Positions 55,178 to 64,000 of a stretch of 64,000 bases of DNA are shown here, in pieces. A program made the position numbers and the translations under genes. The DNA is from Flavobacteriales bacterium (lineage in GTDB: Bacteria; Bacteroidota; Bacteroidia; NS11-12g; UBA9320): positions 208,999 to 272,998 of the forward strand of contig JACJZU010000001.1 of assembly GCA_020635435.1 (NCBI GenBank). Reading direction: 5' to 3'. The stretch's first letter is position 1; the number at the start of each line of letters is the position of its first letter. The notes beneath the pieces were generated by a model. That model searched no databases and was not told the origin of the DNA. It saw only the letters and a list, made by a program, of their open reading frames with translations.

Positions 55178-57538
55178 TCATCTCAAAAAGAACCCTTTCG
55201 ACTCGTAGGCTCGTTCGGAGCAAATGATCCCGGCCAGATAATAGCCCCTGGGCAGCATGGAGGTATCCAATTCCACTTTCCAATTGTTCTGTTCGATCGG
55301 TTTACTGAAAACCACCCGGCCGTTCAGATCCGTTATTTCCAATGTTCCCCCTTTTGCCTTGGAACATTCGAGCACTACAAAATGCTCGGCCGGGTTTGGG
55401 TATATCCGCAATTCTTGCTTTTTACGCTCTTCAGGTGGTTCAGATCCCAGAAGGCTTTGGTCCGACATGGCGAGTGTGTATTCCCCCTGTTTCAAATTCA
55501 GGATCCGAATAGTCCCGTATCGGTCCAGTTTGCTGCCGATCACCTTTTCATATTCCGGATATTCCTTCCAATAAGCCGTAGGATGTGGACGGTAATAAAG
55601 CTTCAAACTATCCTCTGTGATGCGGATCAGATCGTCGTCCAGATAACCGATCGAATAATTTACCCCCGATCTGCGTCCATTGTAGACGATCTCCGCTTCA
55701 GGCCGAAATCCTTCCGGCCAAATACCTCCTACCGTCCAATACCGCTCTCGCGATAAAACCGGCACTTCAGCATGCACAAAATAACGATCCGGACTCACCC
55801 AGTGATGCGCTATATGCACCAAGGCTCTCGCAGGCGGGTCTTCCGTTTTTAACTTCATAAGCGCCTCCTTGAAATCATATTCACCGGCTTGTTCGATCAC
55901 GTTTACCACATCCGTAAGGGCATCCATGATCTGTTCTTCGGGATCGAGTAGCATATAGGCCGGTTCCATGGGAATTCGCACATTCACCCACTGATCCGGC
56001 TGATCGATCACAACTTCCCGATCGGCAAATTGCATGGCCCGATCGTAAATGCGAATGGTTAAGGGCACGCCCGTGTAATACTCAGGGGCGAGGAATAATT
56101 GTTGCCTGATACGGATAGCCACATCTACGCTGTCGCCATTCTGCTTGTGCGACCATTCGAGTATATCGAAATGCGGCTGGCCGGGATTGCTCACCCAATA
56201 GCGAAAAAACGCCGTAAGATCGCGCGTTGTAAAGGTTTGAAAATGATCGCGCAGTTCGTTTGTACTCACATCGCGCATATTGAACTCCTGTTGAAAACTC
56301 CGGCATGCCCTGAAGAAAGCGGAATCGCCCATATAACCACGCAAACAGGCTATTACCACCGCTCCTTTATCGTAGGAATGCGCTCCGTAGGTAGTTTCCT
56401 GTTCCACGCCATCCAGGGCCAGGGTATCTCCATCGCGTAAATGGGCATAGTGAAGCACCGCAGCCTGTGTGGCACGCAGATTGTCGCGGTAGGCCTCCCG
56501 CCCATACACATATTCCGCGAAAAGCGATTCGCTGAAACTGGCCCAACCCTCATTCAACCACATTTCGTTGGCTCCCCGGCAAGTGGTATTGTTCCCCCAC
56601 CAATGGTGCGCCAATTCATGTGCGAACAGTGGCTCGGCGCGTTCAATGTCGTTCAGCACATTGATCGGGTAGGCGATATTGGTCGCATGTTCCATGGCCC
56701 CGCTGCTGAAGGGAACCACATTGAAGCCGACCCGATCGAAACGATGTGGTCCGTAGGCCTGCAGGAATGCATCCATGGCCTCGGGCAGTCGCTGAAAAAC
56801 GTTGGCCATGTTCTGAGAATCCTTCGCAACGGCGGCCAAAGTGACCGGGATATCCCGGTGCACGTAGTTCCGGACAGTATACGGCGCCACACTCACCGAC
56901 GCCAGGTAGGTGGGTATCGGTGTGCGCATCGACCAATGGAATTCGGTATTCCCATTTGGTAATTTGAGTTCTGCCTGAAGCACCCCATTGCACATGGCCT
57001 TGTTTCCCGGGGCGGTCTCTATGTAGAAGTCGTAGGTGGACCGATCCGTAAAATTATCCATACAGGGAAACCAGACCCTTCCCAAATTGTGCGGTTCAGA
57101 TTCGAAACCCACCCCCATGTTAAAGGCATAATCGCCGTTGAAATAAAAACCGCCCCACGAGGGGTCTTTTTCCGGTTGGCCGCCATAGTACACGCGTATC
57201 TTCCGGCTCGATTCGGTTGGTGAGAACGGAGTGCGCCAGGAAATGTTCAGGTTTATCCCTTCACGTGTGTAGCTGGCAACCAAGGTGGATGGCACTATGC
57301 TGTCTACTTTTAATCCTTGCAGAAAGAGTCTGAAATTGCTGTGTTCTGCCCGGCTGTTCAGCTCCAGTTCGCAATAACCCTTTATGCTCCGACCGCGTAG
57401 GTTTGAAATGTCTAACGCGATACTGTAGTGTTCAACATCAATAGGTTCCGACTGCCCTGAAACTTTCAGATCCCGGGACATAAAACTCAAAAACCAAACA
57501 GACATAAATAAGACGCGTATCTCGTTCGGAAACTTCAT
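55178..57538 (-). CDS. M1 family zinc aminopeptidase with T9SS type A sorting domain
   Basis: Zincin motif HELAHHWWGN...WLNEGWASF (HExxH-x18-E) preceded by the GAMEH exopeptidase motif. The C-terminus LRIYPNPAEHFVVLE...GYYLAGIICSERAYESKGFFLR is a T9SS C-terminal domain. Confidence 0.9.
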   Translation of the reverse strand: MKFPNEIRVLFMSVWFLSFMSRDLKVSGQSEPIDVEHYSIALDISNLRGRSIKGYCELELNSRAEHSNFRLFLQGLKVDSIVPSTLVASYTREGINLNISWRTPFSPTESSRKIRVYYGGQPEKDPSWGGFYFNGDYAFNMGVGFESEPHNLGRVWFPCMDNFTDRSTYDFYIETAPGNKAMCNGVLQAELKLPNGNTEFHWSMRTPIPTYLASVSVAPYTVRNYVHRDIPVTLAAVAKDSQNMANVFQRLPEAMDAFLQAYGPHRFDRVGFNVVPFSSGAMEHATNIAYPINVLNDIERAEPLFAHELAHHWWGNNTTCRGANEMWLNEGWASFSESLFAEYVYGREAYRDNLRATQAAVLHYAHLRDGDTLALDGVEQETTYGAHSYDKGAVVIACLRGYMGDSAFFRACRSFQQEFNMRDVSTNELRDHFQTFTTRDLTAFFRYWVSNPGQPHFDILEWSHKQNGDSVDVAIRIRQQLFLAPEYYTGVPLTIRIYDRAMQFADREVVIDQPDQWVNVRIPMEPAYMLLDPEEQIMDALTDVVNVIEQAGEYDFKEALMKLKTEDPPARALVHIAHHWVSPDRYFVHAEVPVLSRERYWTVGGIWPEGFRPEAEIVYNGRRSGVNYSIGYLDDDLIRITEDSLKLYYRPHPTAYWKEYPEYEKVIGSKLDRYGTIRILNLKQGEYTLAMSDQSLLGSEPPEERKKQELRIYPNPAEHFVVLECSKAKGGTLEITDLNGRVVFSKPIEQNNWKVELDTSMLPRGYYLAGIICSERAYESKGFFLR

Positions 57539-57583
57539 AAGTCTTTTAAATTCGTAGCTTCACGGCATCTTAGCCCAAAACCA

Positions 57584-58951
57584 ATGTTCAAAAAAATAAA
57601 ACTGTCGATCCTTGTGAGCCTTTGTCTTGCCTCCGCAGTTCAGGCACAGATCACGATCACCCAACAACATATGCCCTCAGCAGGGGATACGATTCGTTAC
57701 TCTACTGCCACTACATCGGGCAGTTTAGATTTTCAATCGACAGGTGCAAATTACACTTGGGATTTCACAAACCTTCAACCGAACAGCCAGGGTTTGTATG
57801 AATTCAAAAGCAGTTTACAAACCCCGTACATTCTCAGCTTCGGCTTTACAGCCATAGGTTTGAAGATCGCCGATACCCTCGGTGCGGGTCAACTGCAGCT
57901 CAAGAACGTGTACAACTTCTTTAAAAAATCGAGCTCGGCCTACGAGGCGGTGGGGCTTGGTTTCCAATACGCGGCACTTCCCTTGCCTCAAAGCGGCAAG
58001 CACAGTAACTCGGAGCGGATCTATAAATTGCCTTTGACGTATGGAGATAAGGATACCGACACCTACGCGGTGACCATTCCCATCTCCCTGGCGGGATTTC
58101 CGGTCGGTTCGCTCATACAAATGGGAACGCGCACCACGGAAACGGATGGTTGGGGCACGATCAGCACACCTTACGGGAACAATATTCCCTGTATTCGGGT
58201 AGTAGCACAGATCGATGCATACGATTCGATCAGCATCGGAACACTCAATGTGAATACGGCGATACGAACGCAGCGCACCGAATACAAATGGCTGAGCACC
58301 TCCGAAAAAGTGCCCATTCTCGAGATCACGGGAACCTGGGCCGGGCGCACTTTCATCCCAACATTCATCCGTTACCGGGACATCCCACGAAATATCGGAA
58401 GTCCGTTTCAGGTAAATGCTTCATTTGAAGCAGATCGGACCATGGCCGGGGAAGGCGACACGATCCGTTTCGTGAATAATTCCTCCGGACTCAATCTCAG
58501 CTACCGCTGGGCATTCGCTCCGGCAACGGGGTTTGAATTTGTGGCCGGCACCGATGCCAACTCGGAAGAACCGTTGGTTAAATTCAATAATCCCGGCTAT
58601 TACAGCGTGAAACTCGTGGCCTCGAATCAACTGTTGTCCGATAGTATGGGTCGCCCCAATTACATCGAGATCAAGGCACGGATACCGGGTTCTGTAGGCG
58701 GATCGGACCTCAATGCCCTGCGGGTATTCCCGAATCCGTCGTCCGGTATCATCCGGCTATCCGGCTTTACTTTCAGTGAACCGGCGAGTTATCAGCTTTA
58801 CGACATGCTGGGCAAATTGCATCAGGAGGGCATTATTCCTCCGGACATGGTGCTCAACTTCCCGGATGCACGGGGATCCTATGTACTCAAGATCAAAAGC
58901 GGCGAACATACTTTTTCTGAACTTCTGATCTTCTCAAAAAACGCGAATTAG
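57584..58951 (+). CDS. Secreted PKD-domain protein with T9SS type A sorting domain
   Basis: It has a signal peptide. The PKD-like unit is GDTIRFVNNSSGLNLSYRWAF...NPGYYSVKLVASN. The C-terminus LRVFPNPSSGIIRL...GSYVLKIKSGEHTFSELLIF is a T9SS C-terminal domain. Confidence 0.75.
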   Translation: MFKKIKLSILVSLCLASAVQAQITITQQHMPSAGDTIRYSTATTSGSLDFQSTGANYTWDFTNLQPNSQGLYEFKSSLQTPYILSFGFTAIGLKIADTLGAGQLQLKNVYNFFKKSSSAYEAVGLGFQYAALPLPQSGKHSNSERIYKLPLTYGDKDTDTYAVTIPISLAGFPVGSLIQMGTRTTETDGWGTISTPYGNNIPCIRVVAQIDAYDSISIGTLNVNTAIRTQRTEYKWLSTSEKVPILEITGTWAGRTFIPTFIRYRDIPRNIGSPFQVNASFEADRTMAGEGDTIRFVNNSSGLNLSYRWAFAPATGFEFVAGTDANSEEPLVKFNNPGYYSVKLVASNQLLSDSMGRPNYIEIKARIPGSVGGSDLNALRVFPNPSSGIIRLSGFTFSEPASYQLYDMLGKLHQEGIIPPDMVLNFPDARGSYVLKIKSGEHTFSELLIFSKNAN

Positions 58952-58955
58952 ATTC

Positions 58956-60974
58956 ATGAGACGAAAAATCATCCTTCTCAGCTTCCTGCTGGCCGGCAGT
59001 ATTTGGTGCGGTGCGCAGAATTCCGAGAATTTTGCAGTATCCACCACCGCAGAGGCCCTTCAAAACGGGCATGTCAAACTATCCTTTCTGGCCGATCAAT
59101 ACGGAAACACCTACAACATTCACCGTATGGGTAAGGGCGAGCGGGATTGGGGGAACCCCTTGCATACCTTCACCGGCATAAGCAATCCCGGTTGGATGGA
59201 ATGGACCGACACCACGGCCATGCCCTATGAAGTGTACGAGTACCGCGTGTTCAAATCGGGTGTGGGCAATTTCACGGCTGCAGGCTATATCATGACCGGA
59301 TACGGCATCCCGGCCGTGCACGATCGCGGGAAACTGCTCATGTTGGTGGAAGCATCACTGATGGACAGTCTGGCTGAGGAGATCAACCTCCACGCCATGG
59401 ATATTGCGGCCGATGGCTGGTGGGTTGATGTGGAGACCATCGATGAAACCGAAAACACGGTTCCCCAGGTTCGGGCGCTGATCGATGATAAACTGAAAGA
59501 CGGCGACCTCGAGGGCATTTACCTTTTTGGACATATTGCGGTTCCATACAGCGGTCAGTACTGCAACCACAGTTATTACACCGTTCCTCCGGACGGACAC
59601 GGACCGGGCCAGGGCGACCACTGCGGTGCCTGGGCGGCCGATGTGTATTACGCCGTACACGATGCCACGTGGTACGACGATAAGATGATCGTGGACGCAG
59701 CAGCCCGCACGGCCAATCAGAACCGAAAAGACGATGGCAAATTCGATGAGATCTGGTTACCCGGAAAGGCTGAAAGTCAGCTCGGAAGAGTAGATCTCAG
59801 CGATATGCCCATCTTCCCCATCAATGAGATCGGATTGATGCGTCGTTACATGAACAAGAACCACGCGTACCGATACAATCTGACCAAAACCTATGCGCTC
59901 GGTTTGGTCGACGAGAATTTCCCGGCTAGTGCAGGGGCTTTTGCAAGTACCGCCTGGCGCAATTTCCCATCGCTCATCGGTAAAGGGAAAACGGAATCGA
60001 AGGACTTCCTCACCACGCTTAAAGACAGCACCTACCTCCTCGCCTACGGCACGGGGGCCGGAAGCTATACCTCATGCAACAAAGTGGCAACCTCCCAACA
60101 GATGACCACTGAAAACTCGGCCATCTTCAACTTCCTCTTCGGGAGCTATTTTGGAGACTGGGATATCCGAAATAATTTCCTCCGGGCTGCACTGGGCACG
60201 GAGAAAGGGGGATTGACCAACGCCTGGTCGGGCCGTCCCTGGTGGCACATACATCCTATGGGACTTGGAGAGACCATCGGCTATTGCACCCGTTTGACAC
60301 AGAACAACGAACGCAGGAACGGACCGGAAACCTATACGGCAAGTACATTCGAGAACAACATACACATTGCATTGATGGGAGACCCTACCCTACGGATGTA
60401 CATGTTCGACCCACCGAAAAACCTCACGTTGACAACCAATGGAAGCCGGAACGAAGTGGCCATCTCCTGGACACCTTCTGCGGCCGATGGGGTGATCGGA
60501 TATCATCTGTACTATTCCTGGTCGCCCACCGGACCTTATGTGAAAGTCAATCACGATCTGATCACGGCAAATCAATACAACCACACGGCACCGTTTGATG
60601 GCGACGTGTATTACATGGTTCGTGCCGAACGATTGGAAACCACACCAAGTGGTTCCTTCTATAACCTGAGTCAGGGCATCATCAACAAGATCGAATCGCT
60701 CGATGCAGCGGGTATCCGGGAGGTATATCGAAATGTAGGATTAAAGCTGTACCCCAATCCGTCTGATGGCCATATGCGCATTGAATTGGATAAACCTTTC
60801 TCTGCCGACGTGACCATGCAGCTTTTTGACCTTCAGGGTCGTCTATTGTACGAAACCGCATTAAGCGGACCAGTGGGCAAGAGCACGTATCAGATCGATC
60901 TGAGTGCACAGCCCGATGGGATATACCTGTTGAGCATTGGCAACACGCATACCCGTATATCGCTGATCCATTGA
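58956..60974 (+). CDS. Secreted protein with Fn3-like domain and T9SS type A sorting domain
   Basis: It has a signal peptide. The Fn3-like segment is PKNLTLTTNGSRNEVAISWTPSAADGVIGYHLYYS. The C-terminus LKLYPNPSDGHMRIEL...GIYLLSIGNTHTRISLIH is a T9SS C-terminal domain. The function of the N-terminal ~480 aa is unknown. Confidence 0.7.
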   Translation: MRRKIILLSFLLAGSIWCGAQNSENFAVSTTAEALQNGHVKLSFLADQYGNTYNIHRMGKGERDWGNPLHTFTGISNPGWMEWTDTTAMPYEVYEYRVFKSGVGNFTAAGYIMTGYGIPAVHDRGKLLMLVEASLMDSLAEEINLHAMDIAADGWWVDVETIDETENTVPQVRALIDDKLKDGDLEGIYLFGHIAVPYSGQYCNHSYYTVPPDGHGPGQGDHCGAWAADVYYAVHDATWYDDKMIVDAAARTANQNRKDDGKFDEIWLPGKAESQLGRVDLSDMPIFPINEIGLMRRYMNKNHAYRYNLTKTYALGLVDENFPASAGAFASTAWRNFPSLIGKGKTESKDFLTTLKDSTYLLAYGTGAGSYTSCNKVATSQQMTTENSAIFNFLFGSYFGDWDIRNNFLRAALGTEKGGLTNAWSGRPWWHIHPMGLGETIGYCTRLTQNNERRNGPETYTASTFENNIHIALMGDPTLRMYMFDPPKNLTLTTNGSRNEVAISWTPSAADGVIGYHLYYSWSPTGPYVKVNHDLITANQYNHTAPFDGDVYYMVRAERLETTPSGSFYNLSQGIINKIESLDAAGIREVYRNVGLKLYPNPSDGHMRIELDKPFSADVTMQLFDLQGRLLYETALSGPVGKSTYQIDLSAQPDGIYLLSIGNTHTRISLIH

Positions 60975-61009
60975 TGTTTGAAAAAAATAGAACCAATTAA
61001 AAAACCTGA

Positions 61010-64000
61010 ATGAAACAGATCATCAAACTAGCCTTCCTACTTCTTCCCATCCTGGGCATAGGTATACAGCAGGCCCGGGCAACTCACGTTATGGGAGCGG
61101 ACATCTCGTACACCTGCGACTCTGCCTACGTTTTCACATTTAAGGTGACCTTTTACCGGGATTGTAGGGGCGTTTCCTTTGCCAATCCATCATCTACAAC
61201 CAAGATCCGCAATCTGTCGAATGGCAAGTCGGCGAGCGTTTCACTCACCCAGATATCCATAGAGGACGTAACCCCCGTTTGTTCAAAAGCCGGCAAACCC
61301 TGTAATCCCAAAAACACATACGGCACCGGACAAGGGATAGAGGCGCATACGTTTACCACTACGATCGATTTCAAGAAATCGCCCTACAGTGCCATTTGGG
61401 ACGCATCCAATTGCAGGATCGTGATCGAAACAGGGCAGTGCTGTAGAAATGGCGCCATCACAACCGGTGCGGCCAACCAGAACTTTTACACCTATGCCAT
61501 GATCGATCTGTGCAAGGGCTATGTGAATTCGTCGCCTCAATACGTAAGTCAGCCGATCGCGCTGGCCTGTTGCAATCAGCCGTTATTCACCACTATGGGC
61601 GGTTACGATTATACAGACGGGGATTCGTTGGTCTACAAACTGGCACACCCCTTAAGTGCCCTCAATACCAATATTTCATACAGTTCGGGTTATTCGTATC
61701 TGAAACCTTTCAAAGTTTACGACCCAAGCGGGTCCGGGGCAGTGAACCCGAATGCCAATCCTCCCATCGGGCTTTATGTCGATTCCGAAAGCGGGCAGAT
61801 CATTTTCATGCCGGTAAAATGCGATGAATCCACAGTAGCCGTAATGGAAGTAGAAGAATGGCGAAAGGACAGTTCCGGTAAGTACCAGATCATTGGGACC
61901 ACAAGAAGGGATATGCAGTTTTGGGTGAATGTGTGTCAGGACAATAACCCGCCAATACTCAAAGGACCCTACAGCTACAAGGTGAAGGCCACTCCCTGTA
62001 CCGATCAAACCTTCTGCTTCAACGTTTCGTCCGATGATAAGGTGTACGTGCCACCACCACCGCTGCCCACACCTCCGGCGGATACGGTTCGCATTTCAGC
62101 ACAAAACCTGCCGAATGGCGTAACAATGACCATTTTGAATCCCACTTCCCGAACACCGAGCGCTCAAATATGTGTTGATATGTCGAAAGTGGACAAATCG
62201 GTTTTCGTGGGCAAACCGTTGAATATCGAGCTTACTGCCACCGATAATGCCTGCCCGCGCAATGCGGTTACCCGCAGGGTTTATAAGGTGACCTTTGATG
62301 TGAGTGAGGCCATCGGGAAACTCAAAGGAGACATTAACGACGATCAGAACCTGAACTGCAAAACCGATGCATCCGAGAAGCCGCTCACGCATCCGAGGAA
62401 ATTGAGCATCGACGGCAATAAACTCATTTACCTCACAACGGACAGGGAAGGGAAGTTTGAATTGTGTCTGGATACGGGTACCCGACAGGTGAGCCTGGTT
62501 CCGGATCCCTGGTTCAAGGATTCCTGCACTTCCGTGACGCTCAACATCAAGAAAGACTCAACGCATACAACACGCTTCCATTCCCGACTGAAAGAAGGTA
62601 TTGGGGGCTACGTATTCAGCGACAACAATTCCTGTAAACAAGGTGCGGGCAACAAACCGGTTGCACGGCAGCTTGTTGTAGCTCAGCCCGGAAATCACTA
62701 TGCCCTTACCGATGTGAACGGTTTCTACCTCTTCGGCCTCACTTCAGGAACCTACAAGATCGCTCTGGTAAATGACACATCCCGCTGGAAGAACAGGTGC
62801 AAGGATACCATGACCGTAACCGCATCATCCGGTAAAACGGTATTTGCGGACACATTCTTCAATTACCAGAAGGAAGTTGTGGATCTGGCAGTTACATTTA
62901 ATCTCAACACGGGAGGTACAGTGCGTAGAGGTGATGCACCCAACGGGTCTGTTTTCGTTCAGAACAAAGGATCCTTCGGTATCGACACCGCAACCATCTA
63001 CCTCGAAACCGATAAAAACCTGATCGACCTCTCTAAGAGCGACGGAGGTTGGAAAGATCTGGGCAACGGAAAATACAGCTATCTGCTCACATCGATCCAG
63101 GCCGGTGCAAAAAAATGGCTCAAACTAAAGGTTAAATCCACATCCGGATACAGCCTCAACGACCGGATCCCCTTTACGGCTTACACGGACCGAAACGCTT
63201 ACAGCCGTGAGCTAGATACCACGAATAATACATTCTCCATTCAAGTGCGGGTGGTTTCCGCCTACGACCCGAACGATAAACAGGCCACTCCTGATAGCAT
63301 CTTCACAGTCACCGACCGAAAACTCACCTACACGGTTCGCTTCCAGAATGAAGGAAATGCAAGTGCATTGAATGTGGTATTACGGGACACATTGCCCAAA
63401 GGACTTGATCTTAGCACGCTGGAGATGCTACATGCCAGTCACCCATTCGATTACATTCTGGAAGGCCGGCATTTGTGGATCTTCTTCAACAACATCGATC
63501 TGCCGCCCAAAAGCACGGATCCGAATGGCAGCATAGGCAGTGCCACTTTCAGCATCAAATTGGATGCGGATAGCTACGAAGAGACGATCATCAGGAACAG
63601 AGCGGGAATCTATTTCGATATAGAGGACGTGGTTCTGACCAACTACAAGGTAAACCATTTCAAATCTCCCATCGAGTTCAGTAACCCGGCCGATCTTCTG
63701 ATCTGCGGTGCTTCGGACATTGCGGTTCCTTTCCGCACACATTTCAAGCCTGCATCGAACAATAGATTCATTCTGGAGATCACAGACAGTTCAGGCGCAC
63801 ACAGCAGTTTCCGACCTCTGGACACATTGACATCTGCAGCAATTGCCGATACGTTCAGGTTCCATACACCTTCGTGGTTGCTGAGCGGCAAGAACTACGT
63901 GATGCGCATCCGTTCTACTTCCCCTGCTCTCATCTGTTTCGATGATGCCTACAAAACCAATTGTGAAGTGGAGATCCTCGGCAAACCGATGATCCAATTG
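61010..64000 (+). CDS. Large secreted surface protein, 3' end beyond the window (not in the supplied ORF track)
   Basis: An ATG at 61010 is followed by 997 codons that I translated by hand without meeting a stop, up to nt 64000. Signal peptide MKQIIKLAFLLLPILGIGIQQARA. A later segment DPNDKQATPD...LTYTVRFQNEGNASALNVVLRDTLPKGLDLSTLE...GSATFSIK is typical of repeat domains in Bacteroidota surface adhesins. Confidence 0.8.
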   Translation, partial: MKQIIKLAFLLLPILGIGIQQARATHVMGADISYTCDSAYVFTFKVTFYRDCRGVSFANPSSTTKIRNLSNGKSASVSLTQISIEDVTPVCSKAGKPCNPKNTYGTGQGIEAHTFTTTIDFKKSPYSAIWDASNCRIVIETGQCCRNGAITTGAANQNFYTYAMIDLCKGYVNSSPQYVSQPIALACCNQPLFTTMGGYDYTDGDSLVYKLAHPLSALNTNISYSSGYSYLKPFKVYDPSGSGAVNPNANPPIGLYVDSESGQIIFMPVKCDESTVAVMEVEEWRKDSSGKYQIIGTTRRDMQFWVNVCQDNNPPILKGPYSYKVKATPCTDQTFCFNVSSDDKVYVPPPPLPTPPADTVRISAQNLPNGVTMTILNPTSRTPSAQICVDMSKVDKSVFVGKPLNIELTATDNACPRNAVTRRVYKVTFDVSEAIGKLKGDINDDQNLNCKTDASEKPLTHPRKLSIDGNKLIYLTTDREGKFELCLDTGTRQVSLVPDPWFKDSCTSVTLNIKKDSTHTTRFHSRLKEGIGGYVFSDNNSCKQGAGNKPVARQLVVAQPGNHYALTDVNGFYLFGLTSGTYKIALVNDTSRWKNRCKDTMTVTASSGKTVFADTFFNYQKEVVDLAVTFNLNTGGTVRRGDAPNGSVFVQNKGSFGIDTATIYLETDKNLIDLSKSDGGWKDLGNGKYSYLLTSIQAGAKKWLKLKVKSTSGYSLNDRIPFTAYTDRNAYSRELDTTNNTFSIQVRVVSAYDPNDKQATPDSIFTVTDRKLTYTVRFQNEGNASALNVVLRDTLPKGLDLSTLEMLHASHPFDYILEGRHLWIFFNNIDLPPKSTDPNGSIGSATFSIKLDADSYEETIIRNRAGIYFDIEDVVLTNYKVNHFKSPIEFSNPADLLICGASDIAVPFRTHFKPASNNRFILEITDSSGAHSSFRPLDTLTSAAIADTFRFHTPSWLLSGKNYVMRIRSTSPALICFDDAYKTNCEVEILGKPMIQL

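Overview
This 64-kb chromosomal window looks like Bacteroidota. The evidence is many type IX secretion (T9SS) C-terminal sorting domains, PKD/SprB/CHU_C-type adhesins, a TAnnTTTG-type promoter box and lipoprotein signals. I support about 40 protein genes. They include an MscS channel, a solute symporter with a PLP racemase-like enzyme, a sugar porter with GH28 and other glycosidases, a TetR-ABC-HlyD-TolC efflux operon, hldD, a 1221-aa sensor kinase and several large T9SS cargo proteins. The stand-out locus is a complete type II-C CRISPR-Cas9 module at about 44.6-52.1 kb. It has cas9 (1544 aa), cas1 and cas2 on the minus strand and a 17-repeat array of 47-nt repeats. A predicted tracrRNA lies on the plus strand, divergent from cas9, so crRNA transcription converges on the cas operon. 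The array holds a tandemly duplicated spacer, a 7-nt mini-spacer and decayed repeats beyond its ends. A roughly 37-bp AATCC/CAAGG-rich element occurs near both edges of the CRISPR-cas region and around a GxxExxY (PD-(D/E)XK-like) gene. Other items are:
- a RelE/HigB-like toxin killed by one in-frame TAA next to an intact antitoxin
- a G-free 8-bp tandem repeat tract in a divergent promoter
- seven near-identical 168-bp coding repeats
- an IS4-like transposase wreck
- an AT-rich two-gene islet inside a glycosidase cluster
- a gene of at least 997 codons at the right edge that the ORF track omits

All functional calls rest on motif recognition by eye. No database search was run.
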